A stretch of 64,000 nucleotides of DNA from Halorarum halobium (GTDB lineage: Archaea > Halobacteriota > Halobacteria > Halobacteriales > Haloferacaceae), in the NCBI RefSeq assembly GCF_032116555.1, contig NZ_CP134949.1, forward strand, positions 2,046,001 through 2,110,000, given 5' to 3'. Positions 56,951 through 64,000 of the stretch are shown here, piece by piece; within the stretch, counting starts at the first letter, position 1; every line of letters starts with the position of its first letter. The translations under genes were made by a program, and so were the position numbers. The notes beneath the pieces are model-generated. The model saw only the letters and a list, made by a program, of their open reading frames with translations. It was not told where the DNA came from and searched no databases.

Positions 56951-57169
56951 TTACTCCTCGGCGTCGTCGATGTCGCCTTCCTCGCGCCGGATCGTCTTGA
57001 TCCGCGCGATCGTCGTTCGCAGTTCGCCGACGCGGCCGGGGTTCTCCGGCGCGCCGCCCGCGGCCTGGACGGCCTTGGCGTTGAGCAGTTCCGTCTCGAG
57101 TTCCTCGAGCTCGGCCTCCCGCTCCGCGGGCGTCATGTCGCGAATCTCCTCGACGTGAAGGATCGCCAT
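56951..57169 (-). CDS. rpl29: 50S ribosomal protein uL29
   Basis: EIRDM...ENPG...IARIKT. Confidence 0.97.
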   Translation of the reverse strand: MAILHVEEIRDMTPAEREAELEELETELLNAKAVQAAGGAPENPGRVGELRTTIARIKTIRREEGDIDDAEE

Positions 57170-57171
57170 GA

Positions 57172-58203
57172 TCAGGCCTCCTCCTCGTCGCCCTCGTCCG
57201 CCTCGTCGGCGGCCTCGGTTTCGCTTTCGCTCGATTCGTCCTCGGACTCGTCGGCGTCGGCTTCCGCCTCCTCGGCGTCAGCGTCGTCGGCGGATTCCTC
57301 CTCCTCCGACTCCATCTCGGCCACGAGCTCCTCGGCCTCGGCTTCGACGTCCTCGTCGAGCTCCTCGAGCTCCTCGGTCGGCTCCTCGTCCGGCTCGCCG
57401 GTGTCGGCGGCGCCGTCGCCGTCCTCGGTCTCGTCCGCCTCGATGACCTCCTCGACGATCTCCTCGTCGATGACGTCCTCGGGCTCGTCGGTCGGCACGT
57501 CGACGTCCTCCTCCTCGTTGGACGCGTCGGGAACCTCCTCGGGTTCCTCCTCAAGCAGGGACTCGACGCCCGCCTCCTCGACCTCCTGGTCGACCTCGGG
57601 GGCCTCGGCGTCCTCGTCGAGTTCGAAGTCGTCGGGGAGCTTCGCGCCCGGCGGGATGATCTTCACCGTGACGCCGATGGTGCCGAGCTTCATCACCGCG
57701 ACGCCCTGGCCCTCGTCGACGACATCCTTCGCGGGTTCGCCGTTGTGCTTGACGTAGCCGCGGTTGAACTTCTCGACGCGCGAGCGCGCGCCGGTGACCT
57801 TCCCGCTCAGGACGATCTCGGCGCCCAGCGCGCCCGCGTCCATGATGCGGTCGATCGTCGTGTGGCCGGCCTTCCGGAAGTACCAGCCGCGCTCGAGCGC
57901 GTTCGCCAGCCGGTCCGCGACGATCTTCGCGTTGAGGTCGGGTTCGTCGACCTCCTGTACGTCGATCTGGGGGTCGTCCATGTCGAACCGGTTCTCCAGT
58001 TCGGTGGTGACCTTGCGGATGTTCTTCCCGCCCTTGCCGATGACCATGCCGGGCTTTTCGGCCTTCAGGACGATCTGGGTCCCCATCGGGGTCTTGGCGA
58101 CGTCCATGCCGCCGTAGCCCGCGCGGCCCAGTTCCTCCTCGAAGAACTCGTTGATCTGGCTCCGCTGGAGCCCGTCCTCGATGAACTGGTGCTCGTCCGC
58201 CAT
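57172..58203 (-). CDS. rps3: 30S ribosomal protein uS3 with acidic tail
   Basis: [14 protein letters not shown] motif, GAEIVLSGK. Confidence 0.97.
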   Translation of the reverse strand: MADEHQFIEDGLQRSQINEFFEEELGRAGYGGMDVAKTPMGTQIVLKAEKPGMVIGKGGKNIRKVTTELENRFDMDDPQIDVQEVDEPDLNAKIVADRLANALERGWYFRKAGHTTIDRIMDAGALGAEIVLSGKVTGARSRVEKFNRGYVKHNGEPAKDVVDEGQGVAVMKLGTIGVTVKIIPPGAKLPDDFELDEDAEAPEVDQEVEEAGVESLLEEEPEEVPDASNEEEDVDVPTDEPEDVIDEEIVEEVIEADETEDGDGAADTGEPDEEPTEELEELDEDVEAEAEELVAEMESEEEESADDADAEEAEADADESEDESSESETEAADEADEGDEEEA

Positions 58204-58670
58204 TATTCGGCCTCCTCCGGTTCTGTCAGTATCATCTCGATGTCCACCTGCGTGGAGTTCCAGGGCGACGCGCGACCCATCGCTCGGGGCTTGCGACCCT
58301 GCTGTTCGCCGACCTTGTGGGCCGCGACGTGGTCGATGACCATCTCGTCGGGCTCGAAGCCGGCGCGGTCGGCGTTGTTCTTGACGTTCTCGAGGAGCTT
58401 CTGCAGGTCCTCGGTCGCCTTCTCGGGGTAGCGACCCGCGTCCCACCCGTCGATGTCCGAGCGGTGGCCGACGCCGGTGTTGTGCTGTCGGAACGGGACG
58501 GAGCGGTCGCCGGCGAGCACCGCGTCGAGGTACTCCTCGGCGTCCGCGACCGTCTCGCCCTTGATGGCACGGGCGACGGCCTTGCTGTGCTTCAGGCTGA
58601 GTTGCCGCTCCCGGAGCATCCCCTTCGCGGAGGCGTCCGGGTCGGCGTCGACGCTGTAGTTGATTCCCAT
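58203..58670 (-). CDS. rpl22: 50S ribosomal protein uL22
   Basis: GRYPEKA and PRAMGRA. Confidence 0.97.
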   Translation of the reverse strand: MGINYSVDADPDASAKGMLRERQLSLKHSKAVARAIKGETVADAEEYLDAVLAGDRSVPFRQHNTGVGHRSDIDGWDAGRYPEKATEDLQKLLENVKNNADRAGFEPDEMVIDHVAAHKVGEQQGRKPRAMGRASPWNSTQVDIEMILTEPEEAE

Positions 58671-58672
58671 GG

Positions 58673-59095
58673 TTACTTGAGGGGCACGAACTTCGAGGAC
58701 CGGGTCGCGCCGAGACCGGCCTGACCGTGTTCGACGGAGTTCCGCGTGAGGTGGAACTCGCCCAGGTAGTGCCCGATCATCTCGGGCTCGATCCGGACGC
58801 GTTCGAACTCGTGTCCGTCGTAGACCGCGAACGTCAGCCCCACGAACTCCGGCACGATGGGCATGTCCCGAACGTGGGTCCGGAGCGGGTCGTTCGCCGT
58901 CTCCTCCTCGGTCGATTCCCGGGCGTCCTCGAGCAGTTTCAGCTGCTCGGTGCCCAGTCCTCGGGTGATGGTTCGCCGCTGTCGAGCGGGCAGCAGTTCC
59001 GCGACGTCCTCCAGCTCCATCTCCTGCAGTTCGTCGAGCGTGTGGCCGCGGTAGGTGAACTCACCCTCGCGGCCGGTTCTGTACTCGGAGCTCAT
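58673..59095 (-). CDS. rps19: 30S ribosomal protein uS19
   Basis: MIGHYLGEF and [11 protein letters not shown]. Confidence 0.97.
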   Translation of the reverse strand: MSSEYRTGREGEFTYRGHTLDELQEMELEDVAELLPARQRRTITRGLGTEQLKLLEDARESTEEETANDPLRTHVRDMPIVPEFVGLTFAVYDGHEFERVRIEPEMIGHYLGEFHLTRNSVEHGQAGLGATRSSKFVPLK

Positions 59096-59098
59096 GGT

Positions 59099-59824
59099 TC
59101 AGTTGTCCCCTCCACGGCCAGTGCGCTTGGAGGCGATGTCGCCCACTTTCCGTCCCGGCGGTGCGTTCCGCGAGACGGACTTGGGCTGGCCAGGGTGCTG
59201 TCGGCCGCCGCCACCGAACGGGTGGTCGACGGCGTTCATGGCGACCCCGCGAACGCGCGGGTACTTCGTGCCGCGCGATTTCATCTTGTGGTGCTTGTTG
59301 CCGGCCTTCACGAACGGCTTCTCGGTCCGACCGCCGCCGGCGACCACGCCGATGGTGGCGCGGGCCTCCGGGTTGAGTCGCTTGACCTCGCCGCTCGGCA
59401 GCTGGACGACCGCGACCGTGCGGTCGTGGGTGAGCAGCGTCGCGTTGACGCCCGAGGCGCGGGCGAACTTGCCCCCGTCGCCGGGCTTGGACTCGACGTT
59501 GCACACCGGAACCCCCTCGGGGATCTCCGCGAGCGGGAGCGTGTTGCCGGGCTTGATCTCGGCGGAGACGCCGACCTGGATCTCCTCGCCGACCGTGACG
59601 CCCTCGGGGGCGAGCACGAGGCGGCGGTCGTCGTCCTCGAACTCCACGTCGGCGAGCGGCGCCGAGCGGGCCGGGTCGTGCTCGATGCCGACCACGGTGC
59701 CCGAGATCGTGGCGTCGTCCTCCTCGAGTTTCTTGTGGTGCTTGTCCGACTTGTAGCGGTGCGACGGCGCACGGAACGTGGAGCCGCCGCGACCGCGTCG
59801 TTGTCCCTGAATTCTTCGTCCCAT
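59099..59824 (-). CDS. rpl2: 50S ribosomal protein uL2
   Basis: HDPARSAP and RGVAMNAVDHPFGGG. Confidence 0.98.
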   Translation of the reverse strand: MGRRIQGQRRGRGGSTFRAPSHRYKSDKHHKKLEEDDATISGTVVGIEHDPARSAPLADVEFEDDDRRLVLAPEGVTVGEEIQVGVSAEIKPGNTLPLAEIPEGVPVCNVESKPGDGGKFARASGVNATLLTHDRTVAVVQLPSGEVKRLNPEARATIGVVAGGGRTEKPFVKAGNKHHKMKSRGTKYPRVRGVAMNAVDHPFGGGGRQHPGQPKSVSRNAPPGRKVGDIASKRTGRGGDN

Positions 59825-59826
59825 TC

Positions 59827-60078
59827 TCAGAACACCCCGATCCGCGAGGCCACTTCCTGGGCGTCGTCGTCCTCGCCGAGCGCGACGGTGGCCTTCTTTC
59901 GCCCCTTCGGCGTGACCTGCGTGTTCACGTCGGCGACGGTCACGTCGAACTGCGACTCGACCGCCTCGATCACGTCGGGCTTGGCGGCGTCGATGTCCAC
60001 GATGAACTGCAGCTTGTTGCCGAAGTCCATCTCGTCCATCGCCTTCTCGGTGACGAGCGGGTGTTTGATAGTCTTCAT
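59827..60078 (-). CDS. rpl23: 50S ribosomal protein uL23
   Basis: HPLVTEKA and KKATV. Confidence 0.97.
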   Translation of the reverse strand: MKTIKHPLVTEKAMDEMDFGNKLQFIVDIDAAKPDVIEAVESQFDVTVADVNTQVTPKGRKKATVALGEDDDAQEVASRIGVF

Positions 60079-60821
60079 CGCTCCGCCACCTCCTCGAGCG
60101 CGCTCTCGGTAAAGAGCGTGAGTCGGCCGGCGTGCGTGCCGGGCGCGAGGTCCTCAGCGTTCACTTCCGCGGCGGTCGTCACGTCGGCGCCCGCGAGGTT
60201 GCGGGCGGCCTTGGACGGCTCGCCGGCGGTCACGAACAGCAGCGACTTCGGCTGCTGGTACTTGCGACCGCGGGCCTTGCCCTGGCCCGAGCGAACCGAG
60301 CGTCCGTTCTCGGCGCGCTCGACGTCCGCGTGGACGCCGAGCGATTCGAGGAGGTCGACGACCTCCTTCGTCTTGACGAGGTCGTCGAACTCGTCCGAGA
60401 CGACGAGCGGGAGCGTCGCGTCCTCGTCGAACGCGTGGCCGCGTTCGGCGACGAGTTCGGCGTCCGCGGTGGCCGCGAGGGCCGAGCGGACGGCGAGTTT
60501 GCGCTCCTTGTCGTTCACCTTCTTCGACTGGTCCTTCTCGGCCTTCGGCGGGTGCGCCTTGCGCCCCTTCACCGTCTGGGGCACGCGCCGGCCCTGCCCG
60601 TTCTGTCGGGGCACGTGGGCCATCCCGCGGCCGGAGCCGAACGACTCGGCGGGCGTGCGGAGCCCGGCGAACTCGTCGGCCCCGTAGGCCTGCTTCCTGT
60701 TTGCCTGCGCGGCGACGACGGCCCGCCGGATCAGGTCCGGTCGGAACTGGGTGTCGAAGACCTCGGGGAGGTCGACCTCACCCGTCTCGTCGCCGTTCAG
60801 GTCGTGTACTGTTGCCTTCAT
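60075..60821 (-). CDS. rpl4: 50S ribosomal protein uL4
   Basis: RPDLIRRA, AESFGSGRG and LAPGTHAGRLT. Confidence 0.97.
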   Translation of the reverse strand: MKATVHDLNGDETGEVDLPEVFDTQFRPDLIRRAVVAAQANRKQAYGADEFAGLRTPAESFGSGRGMAHVPRQNGQGRRVPQTVKGRKAHPPKAEKDQSKKVNDKERKLAVRSALAATADAELVAERGHAFDEDATLPLVVSDEFDDLVKTKEVVDLLESLGVHADVERAENGRSVRSGQGKARGRKYQQPKSLLFVTAGEPSKAARNLAGADVTTAAEVNAEDLAPGTHAGRLTLFTESALEEVAER

Positions 60822-60824
60822 GGG

Positions 60825-61841
60825 TTAGCCCTGGTTCGATGCGGTGGAGACGTAGCGCACCTCGGGGTCGAGGCGCGGCTGGTCGTTCGGCCGGATGGCC
60901 GGGCGGAACCGCAGGAGGCGCTTGTCGGGGCCCGGCAGCGAGCCCTTGACGAGCGCGTAGTGACCGTCCACCTCGCCGTAGTTCGGGAAGCCGCCATCGA
61001 CCGAGGCGTCGTCTCCCTCGCCGAAGTCGATGAGCCGCTTGTTGAGTTCGGTCCGCTGGTGGTAGCCGGTCTGTCCCTGCTGGGGAACGGTCGAGCGCAC
61101 GCGCGAGGGGTTCCACGGGCCGAGGTTGCCGATCCGGCGCCGCCAGCCCTGGCGTGCGTGCTTGCCCTTCCGCTTCTGGACGCCCCAGCGCTTGACGGGG
61201 CCCTGGGTGCCCTTCCCCTTCGTGACGCCCGAGACGTCCATGTACTCGCCCGCGCGGAACACGTCGCCGAACTCGTGCTCGCCGCCGTCCTCGACGAGGT
61301 CGAGGGCGTACTCGAGCCGGTCCGACAGCGCGTCGCCGCCGACGCGAGTCTCCATGACGTCGGGCTTCTTCTTCGGGACGTTCGCCATCGACGCCGGCTC
61401 CGTGTGGGTGATGAAGCGCAGGTCGTCGACGACGCCGTCGTCCACGAGTTCGCGGAGTTCGGTCGCGTCGTCCTCGAAGGTGTCCTCCGCCGGCAGGTCG
61501 AGCGTCCGGTCGAGTTCGTCGTGGAACTCGGGAGCCCAGACCTCGGTCACCGGCTTCTGTCCGTACGGCGTGTCCTCGTATGCTCGCAGGGCGACCGCCC
61601 GCATGGGGGGCACCTCCACGACCGTCACGGGAACGGACTCCTCCATCCCCTCGCGCGGGGAGTCGGATTCGTCGTTCACCATGACGACGTGGGTCATGCC
61701 CGCCTTGTAGCCCGCGAAGCCCTGGACGCCGGCGGCGCCGTCGTCCTCGGGCCACGAGCGGATGCGGGGGACTTCGCTGTTCGCGCGCGTACGCGGACCG
61801 AAGCCCATCGAGCCCTTGCGTGGTCTGCTTGGTTGTGGCAT
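60825..61841 (-). CDS. rpl3: 50S ribosomal protein uL3
   Basis: PRKGSMGF.PR, GYKAGMTH, TKGKGTQG and GYHQRTE. Confidence 0.98.
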   Translation of the reverse strand: MPQPSRPRKGSMGFGPRTRANSEVPRIRSWPEDDGAAGVQGFAGYKAGMTHVVMVNDESDSPREGMEESVPVTVVEVPPMRAVALRAYEDTPYGQKPVTEVWAPEFHDELDRTLDLPAEDTFEDDATELRELVDDGVVDDLRFITHTEPASMANVPKKKPDVMETRVGGDALSDRLEYALDLVEDGGEHEFGDVFRAGEYMDVSGVTKGKGTQGPVKRWGVQKRKGKHARQGWRRRIGNLGPWNPSRVRSTVPQQGQTGYHQRTELNKRLIDFGEGDDASVDGGFPNYGEVDGHYALVKGSLPGPDKRLLRFRPAIRPNDQPRLDPEVRYVSTASNQG

Positions 61842-61851
61842 GTGTGTTGGC

Positions 61852-62685
61852 TTACTCCGTGAGCGTGAGGGGCGAGAGCGTGGTGAAGACCGCCTCTTCG
61901 GTCCGCACGACCTCGCTCCCCTGTCGCGGAATCGTATTCAGCCAGAGGTCGAACCCCGAGTCGTCCTGTACCCCGGGTTCGACCGGCACCTCCTCGGGGT
62001 CGACCCCGAGGATGGCCGGAAGCCCTCGGCCCGGCGCGCCGAACGCGACGGCGACACGCTTGTCGCGCAGTCGCGCGCGGAGGTCGCCCAGTCCTGACAC
62101 GGACAGCGGTCGTCCGTGCCGTGACGTGGCGACCCCCACGTCGGCGGCGGCGAGGGCGTCCGAGATGTCCTCGCCCGCGACGCGGAACCCCGGCGAGGGG
62201 CCCTCGACGACGCGGGCGCGGACGGGTTCTCGCGAAGAGACCCTGACGGTGACGCGCTCCCCCTCCGTCGCCTCCCGTTCGGGAGGCAGGCGAAGGGAGA
62301 TCGGGTGTTGCAGTCCGCAATTGACCCGAACGCGGCCTTCAGGTCCGACCTCGGTCACGATTCCGTCTCGCAACTCCGACCCGTCGGGGCCGGAGGTGTC
62401 GGGCCGCATGGGTGGAAGCACGCCGACGTGCCGGAGCTCGTCGCGCATCCCCCAGACCTCCTTCCGGAGGTAGGGGGGCGTCGCGCAGTACTCCAGCACC
62501 GTGGTGACGTACTCGCCGCCCCAGCGGCGTTCGCCTTCCCCGTCGGGGAAGACGACCAACCGGTCGGCCCGGAAGATCGTCGCCGCGCGGGCGACGTAAC
62601 CGAGTTTTCGCGTGGCCTCGCGGCCGTCCTCGGCCTCCCGGACGAGCGACGACGGCACGAGGACGTCGAGTCTCGTGTCGTCCAT
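61852..62685 (-). CDS. SPOUT-family RNA methyltransferase (DUF171/MTH1 type)
   Basis: TRKLGYVARAATIF, TPPYLRK, FGAP and NTIP.QG...VRTEEA; usual position upstream of rpl3. Confidence 0.9.
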   Translation of the reverse strand: MDDTRLDVLVPSSLVREAEDGREATRKLGYVARAATIFRADRLVVFPDGEGERRWGGEYVTTVLEYCATPPYLRKEVWGMRDELRHVGVLPPMRPDTSGPDGSELRDGIVTEVGPEGRVRVNCGLQHPISLRLPPEREATEGERVTVRVSSREPVRARVVEGPSPGFRVAGEDISDALAAADVGVATSRHGRPLSVSGLGDLRARLRDKRVAVAFGAPGRGLPAILGVDPEEVPVEPGVQDDSGFDLWLNTIPRQGSEVVRTEEAVFTTLSPLTLTE

Positions 62686-62917
62686 GTCGCTCACACCGGA
62701 CTGTATCGTACATCTCCTCAGCCACGCCCTAAAAGAACATCGGAACGCTGTGGGCGAGTGACGGCCTCTCACACCCGATTACGGGCGATTTGCATGTGAG
62801 GTGGTGTCGTGGGCCAGTGGCGGCCGTGTGTGAGAAACCCCCACGCCCGCGTGCGGTTATTCGGATTCCATCCGACAGCGTTAAGTTGGTCCCTCGGGAA
62901 TCGTTGGGTGTAGCAGG

Positions 62918-62988
62918 GCGCTGGTAGTGTAGTGGTATCACGTGACCTTGCCATGGTCACAACCTGGGTTCAAATCCCAGCCAGCGCA
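62918..62988 (+). tRNA. tRNA-Gly(GCC), no intron, CCA not encoded
   Basis: GCGCTGG/CCAGCGC acceptor stem, TGACC-TTGCCAT-GGTCA anticodon arm, CTGGG-TTCAAAT-CCCAG T arm; TTAAG box ~35 nt upstream. Confidence 0.97.
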
Positions 62989-63019
62989 GTTCTGTCGCGT
63001 CCAATTCGGGAGCCGAGCG

Positions 63020-63298
63020 TCACTCCATATCCTCTCCCGAGTCGCCGCCGTATCCGACCGCGTTCTCCGTCTCGACCGTCTTCAGCCCGTCCAGCTCACA
63101 GAACTGGTCGACGGCAGTCTGGGGAAGCCGGAGCCGGTAGGAGTCGAACCGGAGCTCCGCCTCGACCTCGCCGTTCAGGTCAGCCACTGCGTCCCGGAGG
63201 TCGTCCGCAGAGAGCGACCCCAGTTCGACGACCAGCACGACGTCCTCCTCGGGGTGCGGGTCCGTTCGGAGCCGTCGGACCGGATGACTCAGGTACAT
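63020..63298 (-). CDS. Small acidic hypothetical protein
   Basis: 92-aa ORF with ATG start and haloarchaeal composition. Confidence 0.65.
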   Translation of the reverse strand: MYLSHPVRRLRTDPHPEEDVVLVVELGSLSADDLRDAVADLNGEVEAELRFDSYRLRLPQTAVDQFCELDGLKTVETENAVGYGGDSGEDME

Positions 63299-63449
63299 AC
63301 TCTAGGGGTCGGGTGGACGACCAAGCCCGTTTCGACTCCGCTACTGAGTCGGTGGAACGCTAGCGAGTCGTGTGTGCCAGCTCGGTGGGACGACCCCGAG
63401 AGCCCCGCCGACGTTCGATTCGATATCGGCTCGGCCGTCGGGGCCCAGT

Positions 63450-63730
63450 CCTCGAAAGCCCCCGCGGCCCCGTTCAGTCCCACCCACACCGCAACCACAC
63501 GGCAAACCGCAGTCCCACGCCTCTCTTCCCTCGGAGCACATTCCTCGGAACTCTCCCTCGCATCGCTCGCGTGAGCAGCCGATTCGGTCGGCTCGCTCCC
63601 TTCGGTCGCTCCCCCACTCATCCCTCGCGCGACGGGTGGCCGCACACGAGGCGCGGCCGCCGCGCGCCTGAGAACGGGGTTCGCAGTTGATTTGCGACGG
63701 TTCGAAACGCAGCGAGCGCCCGCACCGAGG
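63450..63730. repeat. Palindromic intergenic element, copy F (left arm, internally deleted)
   Basis: CCTCGAAAGCCCCCGCGGCCCCGTTCAGTCCCACCC fuses the terminal and inner motifs; CCGATTCG...CTCATCCCTCGCGCG matches copy D. Confidence 0.8.
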
Positions 63731-63791
63731 ACCACGCGCCCGCGAACCTACGGGCCCCACAGTTAGGTGGCCGCGCGCCGAAACGGCAGCC

Positions 63792-64000
63792 ATGACAGTC
63801 ATCGCGCTCTTGAGCGTCGCACCGGTCACCGAGGGAAGCATGGCCGGCGAAGTCGCCAGGGCCGTCGCCGCGCTCGACGATTTCGAGGTGGGCTACGAGA
63901 CGAACCCGATGGGGACCGTGATCGAGGCCGACTCCATCGAGGAACTGATGGCCGCCGCCACCGCCGCCCACCAGGCCGTCGACGGCGACCGCGTGAGCAC
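63792..64000 (+). CDS. MTH1187/YkoF thiamine-binding family protein (partial)
   Basis: MTVIALLSVAP...YETNPMGTVIEA; runs off window. Confidence 0.85.
   Translation, partial: MTVIALLSVAPVTEGSMAGEVARAVAALDDFEVGYETNPMGTVIEADSIEELMAAATAAHQAVDGDRVS

Noticed and set aside
57172..57620. Long acidic low-complexity tail of uS3 (and the HhH extension of eL32)
   Set aside because: These are ordinary features of haloarchaeal ribosomal proteins.
62918..63450. tRNA-Gly as the integration site of an island or provirus
   Set aside because: No integrase and no duplicated tRNA 3' end are visible in the window.

Overview
High-GC haloarchaeal (class Halobacteria) chromosomal window, judged from the acidic proteins, archaeal ribosomal proteins and gatD. 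The right quarter (48.1-62.7 kb, minus strand) is the archaeal S10/spc ribosomal protein cluster: a SPOUT methyltransferase, rpl3 to rpl15 and secY, followed by tRNA-Gly(GCC). The left and middle carry typical haloarchaeal genes, including gatD, adk, DUF106, the bacterioruberin cluster crtD-lyeJ-cruF/crtB, an SSS transporter, USPs, GNATs and an ornithine cyclodeaminase-like gene. The strongest novelty candidate is an ~11 kb block (19.1-30.0 kb) between adk and DUF106. It joins a plant-RGP/GT75-like protein, an FbpA/FutA-type Fe3+ ABC transporter, a translationally coupled GT-C glycosyltransferase, a Tat-exported GMC flavo-dehydrogenase pair and a Dol-P-sugar synthase-like GT2. Five copies of a TTTAGG-N4-CCTAAA palindrome (DtxR-family-like operator) sit at its promoters, suggesting an iron-repressed surface-glycan synthesis, oxidation and iron-uptake system. 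Also notable are a family of modular palindromic intergenic elements (six copies, some with ~57-bp-period terminal mini-arrays), a similar triloop-hairpin stack in frame inside rnp1, a divergent glmS islet next to secY, and several small ORFs missed by the ORF track. Family assignments come from motif recognition, not database searches.
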